Shown piece by piece: positions 48,851-59,262 of a stretch of DNA of 64,000 nucleotides. The notes beneath the pieces are model-generated. The model was not told the origin of the DNA. It saw only the letters and a program-made list of their open reading frames with translations, and ran no database searches. Position 1 is the stretch's first letter. Each line of letters starts with the position of its first letter. The stretch is from Spirochaetia bacterium (GTDB lineage Bacteria; Spirochaetota; Spirochaetia; SZUA-6; Bin103): positions 2,208,001 to 2,272,000 of the forward strand of contig OZ241907.1 in NCBI GenBank assembly GCA_965203515.1. The letters are read 5' to 3'. Position numbers and translations under genes: made by a program.

Positions 48851-50446
48851 ATGCGCAAGTTCAACACCGAAGGCCCCGTCGTCGCCGCCGACCACTACCT
48901 CGTCCCGCCGCTGCAGCGGGTGAATCTCGGCGAGGTGCTGGACCTGGTCAGGGACAAGCGCTACTTCGTGCTGCACGCGCCCCGGCAGACCGGCAAGACG
49001 TCGCTCCTCCTGGCGCTGCGCGACCTGCTCAACAGCGGCGCCGAGGGCCGCTTCCGTTGCGTGTACGTCAACGTCGAAGGCGCGCAGGCGGCCCGGGAAG
49101 ACGTGGCCCGCGCCATCCGCGCCGTCATGAGCCGACTGGCCTCCCGGGCGCGGCGGGTGGGCGACGAGTTCCCGGACCGGGTCTGGGCGGACCTCCTGGC
49201 GAAGTGCGGACCGGACGACGCGCTCGCCGAACTGTTGACGCAATGGAGCTTGGCGGACCCGCGCCCCCTGGTGCTGTTGATCGACGAGATCGACGTGCTG
49301 ATCGGCGACGCGCTGCTGGCGGTGCTGCGCCAGTTGCGGGCCGGCTACGACGAGCGCCCGTCCGGCTTTCCGCAGAGTATCGCGCTGTGCGGCGTGCGCG
49401 ACGTGCGGGACTACCGCATCCACGCCGGCCCGGCCAACGAGGAGATAGCCGGCGGCAGCCCGTTCAACGTCAAGGCGGCGTCGTTGCGCCTGGGGGATTT
49501 TACCCGGACCGAGGTCCGCGCCCTGCTCGCGCAGCACACCGCGGAGACCGGGCAGCCGTTCACGCCGGAGGCGCTCGCTGCGGTATGGAATCAGACCTGC
49601 GGGCAGCCGTGGCTGGTGAACGCACTCTGCCGCCGCGCCTGCTTCGACGCCGAGAGCGGTCGCGACCGCGCGCGGGGCATCACGCGCGATGCCATCCTCG
49701 CCGCCCAGGAGCACCTGATCGTGAGCCGTCAGACCCACCTCGACCAACTTGCCGACAAGCTGCAGGAAGAACGCGTGCGGCGCGTGGTCGAGCCGCTGCT
49801 GAGCGGCGCCGCCGAGAGCGCGTTCACGGCGCGCGACCTGGTGTACGTCCGCGACCTGGGTCTGGTCGCCCCGGAGGAAGCGCCGCGCATCGCCAACCCG
49901 ATCTACGCGGAGGTGGTGCCGCGGGAGCTCACCTGCGCGGCGCAGGCGGGCCTGGTGCAGGAAACCGCCTGGTACGTCGACGGCGCGGGCCGGCTGGAGG
50001 TCGACAAGCTGCTCGCCAACTTCCAGCAGTTCTTCCGCGAGCACTCCGAACATTGGGTGGCCCGCTTCGACTACGCCGAAGCGGGGCCGCAGCTCCTGTT
50101 GCAGGCATTCCTGCAGCGCATCGTGAACGGCGGCGGCCGCATCGAGCGGGAGTACGGCCTGGGCCGCGGCCGCACCGACCTGCTCATCATCTGGCCGCGC
50201 GGCGGCGGAGCGCCGCCGCCCGCCGCGGACCGCTTCGTGGTCGAGTGCAAGGTGCTGCGCGGCAGCCTGCAGCGGACGGTGGCGGAGGGTCTGGAACAGA
50301 CCGCCGGCTACCTGGACCGCTGCGCCGCGCAGGCCGGCCATCTGGTGGTCTTCGACCGCACCGCCGGGAAGCGCTGGGCGGACAAGCTCTTTCGCCGCAT
50401 GGAACACGCCGGCGACGGCCGCGCCATCACCGTTTGGGGAATGTAG
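48851..50446 (+). CDS. AAA-like ATPase with C-terminal PD-(D/E)XK-like domain (paralogue of 18538..20130)
   Basis: MRKFNTEGP, HAPRQTGKTS, LLIDEID, REYGLGRGRTDL...VVECK, ITVWGM. Confidence 0.85.
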   Translation: MRKFNTEGPVVAADHYLVPPLQRVNLGEVLDLVRDKRYFVLHAPRQTGKTSLLLALRDLLNSGAEGRFRCVYVNVEGAQAAREDVARAIRAVMSRLASRARRVGDEFPDRVWADLLAKCGPDDALAELLTQWSLADPRPLVLLIDEIDVLIGDALLAVLRQLRAGYDERPSGFPQSIALCGVRDVRDYRIHAGPANEEIAGGSPFNVKAASLRLGDFTRTEVRALLAQHTAETGQPFTPEALAAVWNQTCGQPWLVNALCRRACFDAESGRDRARGITRDAILAAQEHLIVSRQTHLDQLADKLQEERVRRVVEPLLSGAAESAFTARDLVYVRDLGLVAPEEAPRIANPIYAEVVPRELTCAAQAGLVQETAWYVDGAGRLEVDKLLANFQQFFREHSEHWVARFDYAEAGPQLLLQAFLQRIVNGGGRIEREYGLGRGRTDLLIIWPRGGGAPPPAADRFVVECKVLRGSLQRTVAEGLEQTAGYLDRCAAQAGHLVVFDRTAGKRWADKLFRRMEHAGDGRAITVWGM

Positions 50447-50494
50447 TCCCTTGGGCAGACAGGGCACCGGCGCAGGCAGTCCGGCCGGGACAAG

Positions 50495-52669
50495 CTAACC
50501 CTTCGGCCCCAGCATGTGATAGCGGCCGGCCGCCCAGTCCTCGACCCCCTGCCGGTAGTACTTGGAGGACGGACGGCCGCTGGCGCCGCCGGGCATCGAC
50601 GTGTAGGCGATCTCGTCGGCGAACTCCACGATCAGCCGGTAGGACGGGCCGTTCGCCTTGTCGCGGCGGCCGAAGCGGTTGCCCTGCTGCACGGTCGACT
50701 CGTCGCCGCGCGCCTGAAACGGCCCGGCGCGCAGCAGGCGCCCGACCGGCGTGGCGCCCAGCAGCACGTGATTCATGACGATCGGATCCGAGCCCCACGG
50801 CGGCTGATCCGCCCCCACCCAATCGAGGACGCGGGGCACGACCGCGTCCCAGTCGATCGCGTCGAACGGCGGCCGGGCGTCGATCCACGCCTCCTCGATG
50901 AGCCGGAAATTGTTGCTGAAGAACGGACTGTCGTCGGCGGCAGCCAGCGTCCCGGGCGGGAACAACACGCCCCGGCAGGTCGTCATCAGCAACCCGTGGC
51001 AGAACATCGAAAAGGACGTCGCCTCGCGGCTGTCGGACTCCATGCGGCAGTCCCAGGACAGCAGGCGCCGCCCGAGCGGATGGAGCCGCAGCCGATCGTG
51101 CAGGAACCGCAGCATCCGCTCCGCGCGCAGCGAATGGACGTCGGCCTGAATCCGCATCATGTCGCGCTCGGTCAACGGTCCGCCCGCCTGCCGGTGACCG
51201 GCCTGGAGCAGCTCCGCGATGCGGTCGGCGCGGTCGGCGGCGACCGCCATGGTCTGCGGCGACGCATCGCCGCCGAACCGTTGATTGGCCACCACGACGA
51301 GACCGGACGCCGGATCGCGCTCGACCGGAAAGCGTCCGGCGTCGCGCAGCCCGTCCCAACCGGCGTCGGCGCGCCACGCCGGTATCGGCAGCAGGCCGCT
51401 CAAGCCGGCGCGCCGTTCCGGGACCGCCGCGTTCATGCCCCGGCCGATGCGGCCGCGCCGGTCGCACAGCACCCAGTGCAGGCCCGGCAGACGGATCGAC
51501 TCGACCGCCGCCAGCCCCTCGTCCAGATCCCGGGCCGCGTTGAGCGCCAGAAAACCGGCGATGCTGCTGCCGGCGACCGCTGCGGTTCCGGCCCAGCGGC
51601 GGGTGAGATAGCGCCCGTCGGCGTGCGGGTTGCCGGTCAGGCAGCCGTTCTCGGTCTCGTAGAACGCGGCGGGCACGGAGTTTCCGGACCGAGTGCGTAT
51701 CTCCTCCTGCCGCACCGAGAGCGGGCGCCAGCGGCCGTCGCGCAGATAGCGCCCATCGCGGCACTCCTCCACGAACAGGTCCTCGCAGTCGGCGGTGGCA
51801 TAGGTGACCCCCCACGCCAGGTCACGATTCCACCCGGACGCGAACGCCGGCCCGCCCGCCACGGTGGCGCCCACCACCCAGAGCTCCGGCGTCTCCAGCA
51901 CCGCTTCGTACCACACGGCCGGCAGGCAGGTGATGTCCTGATGCGGGTCGTTGCAGAGCATCGGCCGGCCGGACCGGGTCCGGTTGCCCGCCACCGCCCA
52001 GGCGTTGCTGCCGCCCGGCGCCGGCGGCTGCCGCGTGCGCGGCGCGCCCGGTTGCGCCCCGGCTGCGTCCACCGTCAGCCCGCGGTAGTCCTCCTGCCGA
52101 TAGCCGTCGGCCAGGGAGGCGAACAACTGGCTCCAGGCGGGGAACGTCCCCGGATCGGCCGCCAGCGCCCGCGCGATCGCCAGCTCCATGTCCCCCTGCG
52201 CGTCGTCGAGTCCCAGGTAGGCGATCGCCCGCATGCTGCTGAGAACGTGCTCCGGGGTGAACGGTTCGACGCGGTTGCCGGTGAGCCGCAGCTCGAACGG
52301 CCGGTGACCCCGTTCGATGACGTCGTTGACGCCCGCGCAGTACGAGCGCATCACCGCCATGCCGCGCTCGCCCAGTCCGTCCACGTCGCCGTCGGGCACG
52401 CGATGCAGGAGGGCCGCCCGCGCGCTCCGGTCGCTGTCGACCAGCGGGGCGGCGTCACCGAACGCCTCGGCCAGCCGTCCTCTGCCGAGCGCTCGGGTGG
52501 CGAACATCTGGAACAGGCGATCGGTGGCGTGCATGAAGCCCAAGCCGTAGTAGCCGTCCAGCGCGGTCTGCGCGCGGATGCGCGGCGTGCCGGTGGTCTC
52601 GCGGGCGATCAGTACGTCCTGCGCGGGGATGCGCAGGCGGCCGAGCCGGCTGCGGGGAATGAGGCGCAC
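50495..52669 (-). CDS. Penicillin acylase-family Ntn hydrolase (start likely GTG 52669)
   Basis: GFMHATDRLFQM, GSNAWAV (Ser nucleophile), NDPH, PGGASG. Confidence 0.85.
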   Translation of the reverse strand: MRLIPRSRLGRLRIPAQDVLIARETTGTPRIRAQTALDGYYGLGFMHATDRLFQMFATRALGRGRLAEAFGDAAPLVDSDRSARAALLHRVPDGDVDGLGERGMAVMRSYCAGVNDVIERGHRPFELRLTGNRVEPFTPEHVLSSMRAIAYLGLDDAQGDMELAIARALAADPGTFPAWSQLFASLADGYRQEDYRGLTVDAAGAQPGAPRTRQPPAPGGSNAWAVAGNRTRSGRPMLCNDPHQDITCLPAVWYEAVLETPELWVVGATVAGGPAFASGWNRDLAWGVTYATADCEDLFVEECRDGRYLRDGRWRPLSVRQEEIRTRSGNSVPAAFYETENGCLTGNPHADGRYLTRRWAGTAAVAGSSIAGFLALNAARDLDEGLAAVESIRLPGLHWVLCDRRGRIGRGMNAAVPERRAGLSGLLPIPAWRADAGWDGLRDAGRFPVERDPASGLVVVANQRFGGDASPQTMAVAADRADRIAELLQAGHRQAGGPLTERDMMRIQADVHSLRAERMLRFLHDRLRLHPLGRRLLSWDCRMESDSREATSFSMFCHGLLMTTCRGVLFPPGTLAAADDSPFFSNNFRLIEEAWIDARPPFDAIDWDAVVPRVLDWVGADQPPWGSDPIVMNHVLLGATPVGRLLRAGPFQARGDESTVQQGNRFGRRDKANGPSYRLIVEFADEIAYTSMPGGASGRPSSKYYRQGVEDWAAGRYHMLGPKG

Positions 52670-52710
52670 GGGTGCAGATTGGGGGAAACCGCGGCGGCAG
52701 GCAATGCCAG

Positions 52711-52762
52711 CCGGACCTGCCGGCCGGACCTGCCGGCCGGACCTGCCGGCCGGACTTGCCGG
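52711..52762. repeat. 4 x 13-bp tandem repeat CCGGACCTGCCGG in divergent intergenic region
   Basis: Three exact units and one with a single mismatch. Confidence 0.85.
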
Positions 52763-52802
52763 CTGGCCGCGCGCCGGCCATGCGGGTACGATGCCGCCTC
52801 CC

Positions 52803-54119
52803 ATGGCAGGAGTCGCAGCGCCGCGCGTGGCGGTGGAGACGCTCGGCTGCCGCCTCAACGCCTATGAGAGCGACGCGTTGACGGCGGACTTCGTCCAGCG
52901 CGGCTATCGCGTAGTGCCGCCGGGCGAACCGGCCGAGGTGGTGGTGGTCAACAGTTGCACGGTGACCGACCAGGCCGACCGCAAGTCGCGCAACGCCCTG
53001 TACCGCGCCGGACGGTCGGGCGGCCCGCGCCCCCTGGTCGTCGCCACCGGCTGCATGGCGACCGGCCAGCGGGCGGCGGTCGCCGCCGTGCCCGGCGTCG
53101 ACTACGTGGTCGACAACGAGCGCAAGGCCGGCATCGCCGCGCTGGTCGACGCTCACCGCGCCGGCGAGCTCGCCGCCGCCGACGGACGCCCGGCCGGCCC
53201 GTTCGCGTACGGCAACGGCGAGCACGCGGCGCGCGCACGCCGGTTTCTCAAGGTCCAGGACGGCTGCGACAACCGCTGCAGCTTCTGCATCATCCCGTTC
53301 GTGCGCGGCCGCGCCGTGAGCCGGCCGCTCGCGGCGATCCTTGATGAGGCGCGCCGCGTCATCGACGACGGCTTTCACGAGATCGTCGTCACCGGCGTGA
53401 ACCTGGGCCGCTACCGCTGCGACGGCGCCGGCTTCGCCGCCATGCTGGAGGCGCTGCTGTCGCTGCCCGGCGACTTCCGGGTGCGGCTGTCGTCGCTGGA
53501 GCCCGACCGGCAGCTCGCGCCGGCGATCGAGCTGCTGGCCGACGACCGCCTCTGTCCGCACTTGCACCTGTGCCTGCAATCGGGCTCCGACCGGGTGCTG
53601 CTGGCCATGCGCCGGCTCTACGACCTGCGGACATTCGAACGGCTGCTGGAACGCGCGCGGCGCATCCGGCCCGACCTCAACGCCACCACCGACATCCTGG
53701 TGGGGTTCCCGGGCGAGAGCGACCGGGACTTCGAAGACACCTGCCGCGCCGTGCAGCGTCTGGGCTTCACCCACTGCCACACGTTCCGCTACGCCAAGCG
53801 CGACGGCACGCGCGCAGCCCGCATGACGGGGCAGGTCGAGGAGCGCGTCAAGCAGCGCCGAAGCGCCGCGGTGCGCCGGCTGGCCGCCCGGAACCGCGAC
53901 GCCTACGTCCGCCGGCTGACCGGCGCCCGGCAGCGGCTGCTGGTCGAATCGGTCCGGGACGGCACGGCGCGCGGCTACGGCGAATGCTACGTGCCGATCG
54001 AGGCGCCGTGCGGCGATCCCGGCATGACGCGCCGCCTCCTGGACGTGCGCGTCACCGCCCCCCCGCTCCCCGGCAGTGACGCGCTCCGGGGCTCGGCCCT
54101 GGGGAGCGCTGCCGGATAG
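52803..54119 (+). CDS. mtaB: tRNA t6A methylthiotransferase (radical SAM)
   Basis: TLGCRLNAYES, VNSCTVT..ADRKSR, KVQDGCDNRCSFCIIP, RVRLSSLEP. Confidence 0.85.
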   Translation: MAGVAAPRVAVETLGCRLNAYESDALTADFVQRGYRVVPPGEPAEVVVVNSCTVTDQADRKSRNALYRAGRSGGPRPLVVATGCMATGQRAAVAAVPGVDYVVDNERKAGIAALVDAHRAGELAAADGRPAGPFAYGNGEHAARARRFLKVQDGCDNRCSFCIIPFVRGRAVSRPLAAILDEARRVIDDGFHEIVVTGVNLGRYRCDGAGFAAMLEALLSLPGDFRVRLSSLEPDRQLAPAIELLADDRLCPHLHLCLQSGSDRVLLAMRRLYDLRTFERLLERARRIRPDLNATTDILVGFPGESDRDFEDTCRAVQRLGFTHCHTFRYAKRDGTRAARMTGQVEERVKQRRSAAVRRLAARNRDAYVRRLTGARQRLLVESVRDGTARGYGECYVPIEAPCGDPGMTRRLLDVRVTAPPLPGSDALRGSALGSAAG

Positions 54120-54130
54120 CCTGAGCTAAG

Positions 54131-54649
54131 CTAAGAACGCCGGCGGCCGAACAGCAGCCGGCCGCCCCACTTGAACAGCACGAACAGCGCGGCGACCAGC
54201 ACGAAGAACCAGACCATGGACGCGCCGAAGAAGAGCCACACGCGCAGGCTGCGCAGTACGAACGCCGCGGCGAAGGCGACCGCCAGCATCGTCATGAGCC
54301 CCGTCAACCGGTTGAAGCCGGGCACGTCGTCGAAATCGACGTTGCGGCGCATCACGCCCAGGGTCGCCGCCATCGCCACGATCGGCGCCACGTAGATCAT
54401 CACGTTGACGTCGAGCAGATTCTCGCCGGTGAAGAACAGCGCATAGAGCAGGAGCATGACGGCGAACGTGCCCGGCACGCACGCCGCGTAGACCAGCACC
54501 GCGTAGAGGTAGCGCCACGGCGCTCCGCCGCCCCGGCCGCGGCCGTGCAGCGCGCCGATCAGCGCCGTGACGATCACCACCGCGCAGAACCCGATCAACA
54601 TCGGTATGCGCACCGCGTCGGCCGCGGCGATCAGTTCGCGCAGAGTCAC
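54131..54649 (-). CDS. Hypothetical 5-TM membrane protein
   Basis: Hydrophobic ORF with good GC3 bias. Confidence 0.7.
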   Translation of the reverse strand: MTLRELIAAADAVRIPMLIGFCAVVIVTALIGALHGRGRGGGAPWRYLYAVLVYAACVPGTFAVMLLLYALFFTGENLLDVNVMIYVAPIVAMAATLGVMRRNVDFDDVPGFNRLTGLMTMLAVAFAAAFVLRSLRVWLFFGASMVWFFVLVAALFVLFKWGGRLLFGRRRS

Positions 54650-54695
54650 GGGCGACAGGATACTACGAAGGCCGGCCTCTGCTATGGTGCCGGCG

Positions 54696-55421
54696 ATGGC
54701 GGGGGCGGCGGCGCAGGCTCTGCTCGCCGCCGCCGCGGAGTTGGCCGCGGCCGGCGACGCGGCGTCGTTCGACGCGCCGGTCGCGTGCGTCTACAACCCC
54801 CTGCGATACGCGGGCGCCGCCCACCGGCGCTACGTCGCCGCCTATGCCAAGGAGGGCGTCCGCGCCGTCTTCCTGGGCATGAACCCGGGACCGTTCGGGA
54901 TGGTGCAGACCGGCGTCCCGTTCGGGGACGTGCGCGCGGTGACCGGTTGGCTCGGCATTGCCGGCGGCGTGGAGCCGCCCCCGCGTCAGCACCCCGCGCG
55001 GCCGGTGCTGGGCTTTGCCTGCAGGCGGCGCGAAGTGTCGGGCTCGCGGCTCTGGGGCCTGTTCGCCGAGCGCTTCGGGACGCCGGACCGGTTCTTCGCC
55101 GCGCACTTCGTGCTCAACTACTGTCCGCTCGCCTTCATGGGTGACAGCGGCCGCAACATCACCCCCGACAAGCTGCGCGGGCCGGCGATGCGCGCGCTGC
55201 TCGCCGCCTGCGACCGGCACCTCCGCGCGGCGGTGGCGGCGCTGCGTCCGGGATGGGTGGTCGCCTTGGGCGCGTACGCGGAGCGGCGAGCGCGCAGCGC
55301 CCTGCCGGAAGGGCAGCGCGTGATCCGCCTGCTCCATCCCAGCCCGGCCAGCCCGCGCGCCAACGCCGGCTGGGCCGAGCAGGCGACCGCCGAGCTGACC
55401 GCCGCCCGCATCTGGCAGTGA
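54696..55421 (+). CDS. SMUG1-type (family 3) uracil-DNA glycosylase
   Basis: YNPL.YA, GMNPGPFGMVQTGVPFG, EVSGSRLW, NYCPL, HPSPASP. Confidence 0.88.
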   Translation: MAGAAAQALLAAAAELAAAGDAASFDAPVACVYNPLRYAGAAHRRYVAAYAKEGVRAVFLGMNPGPFGMVQTGVPFGDVRAVTGWLGIAGGVEPPPRQHPARPVLGFACRRREVSGSRLWGLFAERFGTPDRFFAAHFVLNYCPLAFMGDSGRNITPDKLRGPAMRALLAACDRHLRAAVAALRPGWVVALGAYAERRARSALPEGQRVIRLLHPSPASPRANAGWAEQATAELTAARIWQ

Positions 55422-55428
55422 CGGCAGT

Positions 55429-55477
55429 TGGCGGCTGTCATCAGCCTCGCCGTCATCTCGATCGTCGCGATCGTCAT
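55429..55477 (-). repeat. Inverted copy of the sensor kinase 5' region (62321-62370)
   Basis: 27-nt exact core 55447-55473 = reverse complement of 62325-62351, with similar flanks. Confidence 0.8.
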
Positions 55478-56001
55478 TCAAGGTGGTCGCGTAGCTCGCG
55501 CGGCGGTTTCAGTATCTCGCTGGCCAGTATCTCCAGATCATTGCGGCCGCCGGTATCTTCGAAACTCGCTACCAATTCCTCCAGTTTATCGTGGGAGCAG
55601 GTGGCCAGGACCGCTATCACTTCCGGCAGGGCCTCGACGCGAAACCGCATCTTACTGGCGTCCTTCCCTGCTTCCTCCAGATACTGTCTTACATGCCGAA
55701 GTTCCGGGAGAAACTCCCTTCGTTCGTAGGCCAAGGCTATCTGCTCCACCAACGACTTGGCGTCAGGTTCCAGATGTACTTCCTCGATCAGCTCCTTCGC
55801 ACTCTCTCGGCGCCTTGTCTTTCCTCCAGTTGCATTACCGGACCTGCGAGCCTTGCTCCTTCGCTTGTCTCTCAGTGACTGAATTTCGTTCTGAATCGAC
55901 GCAATATCCTCGTCCTCGACGATCGCCAGTGCTTCCATTACATCCTTACGACCGTGCTGATGGAGCAATAATTGCAGCTGCAGGTTCAGCACCTGATTCA
56001 T
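55474..56001 (-). CDS. Hypothetical helical protein coupled to the ParA remnant
   Basis: ATGA overlap with the remnant's stop; lower GC. Confidence 0.6.
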   Translation of the reverse strand: MNQVLNLQLQLLLHQHGRKDVMEALAIVEDEDIASIQNEIQSLRDKRRSKARRSGNATGGKTRRRESAKELIEEVHLEPDAKSLVEQIALAYERREFLPELRHVRQYLEEAGKDASKMRFRVEALPEVIAVLATCSHDKLEELVASFEDTGGRNDLEILASEILKPPRELRDHLE

Positions 56002-56179
56002 GCGTCGCTGCCTCGAACGCCCACGGCCTTCAGTATCTGATCCTTCAGCATTGAGAAACCCTTCACACCAGCACCCGGAGCCCATCCGACGCCGCGGCAT
56101 GAGCGAGCTGGGATGCTATTGTCGTCTTCCCGACGCCGCCCTTCATGTTGATGAGACTGACCGAAACCGCCACTTCCAT
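55998..56179 (-). pseudogene. ParA/Soj-family ATPase remnant (large internal deletion)
   Basis: Hand translation MEVAVSVSLINMKGGVGKTTIASQLAHAAASDGLRVLV*, joined out of frame to a C-terminus VKGFSMLKDQILKAVGVRGSDA*. Confidence 0.8.
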
Positions 56180-56285
56180 CACCTATCTACAGTATGGCAT
56201 GGTGGCGCGGCGCGTCAACGCGAACACAACGTGCGGCTCGAACTTGCCGGGCGCCTGCTTCGGTTGACCGGATGCCGATCGAGAC

Positions 56286-59198
56286 ATGACCCACCGGAAG
56301 AAGCTGATCGAGGTGGCGCTGCCGCTGGACGCCATCAACGCCGCCGCCGCGCGCGAGAAGTCGATCCGTCACGGCCACCCCAGCACCCTGCATCTGTGGT
56401 GGGCGCGGCGCCCGCTGGCGGCCGCGCGCGCCGTGATCTTCGCGCAGATGGTCGACGATCCGGCCAGCCGGCCGGAGCTCTTCCCCACCGAGCAGGAGCA
56501 GGACCGGGAACGGCTGCGGCTGTTCGACCTGATCGAAGCGCTGGTCAAGTGGGAGAACACCACCAACCAGGAGGTGCTGCAGCAGGCGCGCGACGAGATA
56601 CGAGAGTGCTGGCGGCGCGCCTGCGCCGACCACGCCGACCATCCGCGCGCGGCCGAGCTGTTCGACCCGGAGCGCCTGCCGGCGTTTCACGACCCGTTCG
56701 CCGGCGGCGGCGCGCTGCCGCTGGAAGCGCAACGGCTCGGCCTGGAGGCGCACGCCAGCGACCTCAACCCGGTGGCGGTGCTGATCAACAAGGCGATGAT
56801 CGAGCTGCCGCCGAAATTCGCCGGGCGCCCGCCGGTGCACCCGGAGGCGCGGTCGGAAGGGGAGCTGCTAGGCGCGAAGTGGACCGGCGCGCGCGGCCTG
56901 GCGGAGGACGTGCGCCGCTACGGGCGCTGGATGCGGGAGGAGGCGGAGCGGCGCATCGGGCATCTCTATCCCAAAATCGCGGTGACCGACGAGATGGTGC
57001 GGGAGCGTCCCGATCTGAAGCGCTACGCAGGGCGGGAGCTGACGGTGATCGCCTGGCTGTGGGCGCGCACGGTGAGGAGCCCGAACCCGGCGTTCGGGCA
57101 GGCGAAGGCGCCGCTGGTCTCCACCTTCATGCTGTCCACGAAGCAAGGCAAGGAAGCGTACGTCGAGCCGGTGGTCTGCGCGGACGGTTACCGCTACCGC
57201 TTCACGGTCAGGGTCGGCGCGCCGCCGGACGCGGCGGCGGCCAAGGCCGGCACCAAGCTGGCGCGCGGCGCCAACTTCCGCTGCCTGGTGTCGGGCGTGC
57301 CGATCACGCCGGACTACATCAAAGCGGAAGGGATGGCCGGCCGCATGGGAGCGCGGCTGCTGGCGATCGTCGCGGAGGGCGATCGAGGCCGGGTGTATCT
57401 GACGCCGACCGAGGAGCATGAGACCGCGGCATCGCGTGCGCAGCCGGAGTGGAAGCCAGAGGGAAGTGTTCCCGAACGGCTCACTGGCGGCACCTGTTAC
57501 GCTTACGGCCTCACCACGTTCGGCGACCTGTTCACGCCCCGGCAGCTCGCCGCCCTGAACACGTTCTCCGACTTGGTAGCCGAAGCGCGCGAGCGCATCC
57601 GGCAGGACGCCATCGCCGCCGGCCTCCCGACGACGGCCCAATCCCTTCACGCCGGCGGCGCCGGAGCCGCCGGCTACGCCGACGCGGTCGGCATGTATCT
57701 GGCCTTTGCGGTAAGTAAGACCAGCAACCGCGCCAGTACACTCTGCACATTCAAGCTCTCCGTCGAGTGCCCGGGAGATACCTTCGGTCGGCAGGCGCTG
57801 CCCATGTCCTGGGACTTCGCCGAGGCCAACACCGTCACGGGACCCAGCGGCTCCTTCGATAGTATGTTGTTGAACACCGTCGCAGGATTACACGCGAACG
57901 GTTCAACAGAGGGAGCGATCGGCCACGCATATCAGGCGGACGCAGCGGCCCAAGTCGATTGCCACCACCAAGTGATCTCCACCGATCCGCCATACTACGA
58001 CAATATCGGCTACGCCGACCTTTCCGACTTCTTCTACCTCTGGCTGCGGCGTTCACTGCGATCGGTGTTCCCGGACCTGTTCGCCACGATGATGGTCCCG
58101 AAGGCCGAGGAACTGGTCGCCACGCCCTATCGGCACGGCACCAGGGCGCAGGCCGAAGCGTTCTTCATGACCGGCATGACGCAGGCTCTGGAGCAGTTGT
58201 CTCGGCAGGCGCACCCCGGCTTCCCGACGACCATTTATTACGCGTTCAAGCAGGCGGAGCGCCGCGACGACCGCGGCGTCTCCAGCACCGGCTGGGAGAC
58301 GTTTCTGGAAGCCGTGATCGACGCCGGCTTTGCGATCACCGGCACGTGGCCGATGCGCACCGAACGCGGCAATCGGATTATCGGCAGGGGAGCAAACGTG
58401 CTCGCCTCCAGCATCGTGCTGGTCTGCCGGCGGCGGCCGGATGACGCGCCGCTCGGTACCCGCCGGGGGCTCATGGAGGCCATGAAGGCGGAACTGCCGC
58501 CGGCCCTTGCCTACCTGCAGCGCGGCAACGTCGCGCCGGTCGACCTCGCGCAGGCCGCCATCGGACCCGGCATGGCGATCTTCACCCGCTACGCCAAGGT
58601 CCTGCACACCGGCGGCAACCGCGTCACCGTGCGCGAGGCGCTCGCCCTCATCAATCAGACGCTCGACGAGATACTGGCCGCTCAGGAGGGCGACTTCGAC
58701 GCCGACAGCCGCTGGGCGCTGGCGTGGTTCGACCAGCACGGCTTCGAGGCCGGCGACTACGGCAGCGCCGAGACGCTGTCCAAGGCCAAGAACACCAGCG
58801 TGAGCGGCTTGGCGCAGGCCGGCATCCTGCATGCGCAGGCCGGCCGGGTGCGGCTGCTGCGGCCGGACGAGCTGTCGGACGGCTGGGACCCGGCCAAGGA
58901 CGAGCGGCTCACCACCTGGGGGGCGGTGCACCACCTGATCCGGGTCAAGGAGCGGAGCGGGGAAGAGGCGGCGGGCCGGCTGCTGCACCGGCTGGCAGTG
59001 GTTGCCGGCGCGGCGCGCGAGCTCTGCTACCGGCTGTACGCGGTCTGCGAGCGCAAGCAGCGCGCGGCCGAGGCGCTCGACTACAACGGACTGGTGAAGA
59101 GCTGGCCGGAGCTCGCCCGGCTCGCCGTGCGGGAGGCCGGCACCGTGCAGGCCGCGCTGTTCGACGGCGACCGCGCGAATGGAGACCGGCCGCCGTAA
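56286..59198 (+). CDS. DUF1156-domain adenine DNA methyltransferase
   Basis: [55 protein letters not shown]. Confidence 0.9.
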   Translation: MTHRKKLIEVALPLDAINAAAAREKSIRHGHPSTLHLWWARRPLAAARAVIFAQMVDDPASRPELFPTEQEQDRERLRLFDLIEALVKWENTTNQEVLQQARDEIRECWRRACADHADHPRAAELFDPERLPAFHDPFAGGGALPLEAQRLGLEAHASDLNPVAVLINKAMIELPPKFAGRPPVHPEARSEGELLGAKWTGARGLAEDVRRYGRWMREEAERRIGHLYPKIAVTDEMVRERPDLKRYAGRELTVIAWLWARTVRSPNPAFGQAKAPLVSTFMLSTKQGKEAYVEPVVCADGYRYRFTVRVGAPPDAAAAKAGTKLARGANFRCLVSGVPITPDYIKAEGMAGRMGARLLAIVAEGDRGRVYLTPTEEHETAASRAQPEWKPEGSVPERLTGGTCYAYGLTTFGDLFTPRQLAALNTFSDLVAEARERIRQDAIAAGLPTTAQSLHAGGAGAAGYADAVGMYLAFAVSKTSNRASTLCTFKLSVECPGDTFGRQALPMSWDFAEANTVTGPSGSFDSMLLNTVAGLHANGSTEGAIGHAYQADAAAQVDCHHQVISTDPPYYDNIGYADLSDFFYLWLRRSLRSVFPDLFATMMVPKAEELVATPYRHGTRAQAEAFFMTGMTQALEQLSRQAHPGFPTTIYYAFKQAERRDDRGVSSTGWETFLEAVIDAGFAITGTWPMRTERGNRIIGRGANVLASSIVLVCRRRPDDAPLGTRRGLMEAMKAELPPALAYLQRGNVAPVDLAQAAIGPGMAIFTRYAKVLHTGGNRVTVREALALINQTLDEILAAQEGDFDADSRWALAWFDQHGFEAGDYGSAETLSKAKNTSVSGLAQAGILHAQAGRVRLLRPDELSDGWDPAKDERLTTWGAVHHLIRVKERSGEEAAGRLLHRLAVVAGAARELCYRLYAVCERKQRAAEALDYNGLVKSWPELARLAVREAGTVQAALFDGDRANGDRPP

Positions 59199-59262
59199 TG
59201 AACCGAACCTCCGCCTCGCGCGGGACCGACGGTGGCGGCCACACCGGCGGCCATGACGTCAC

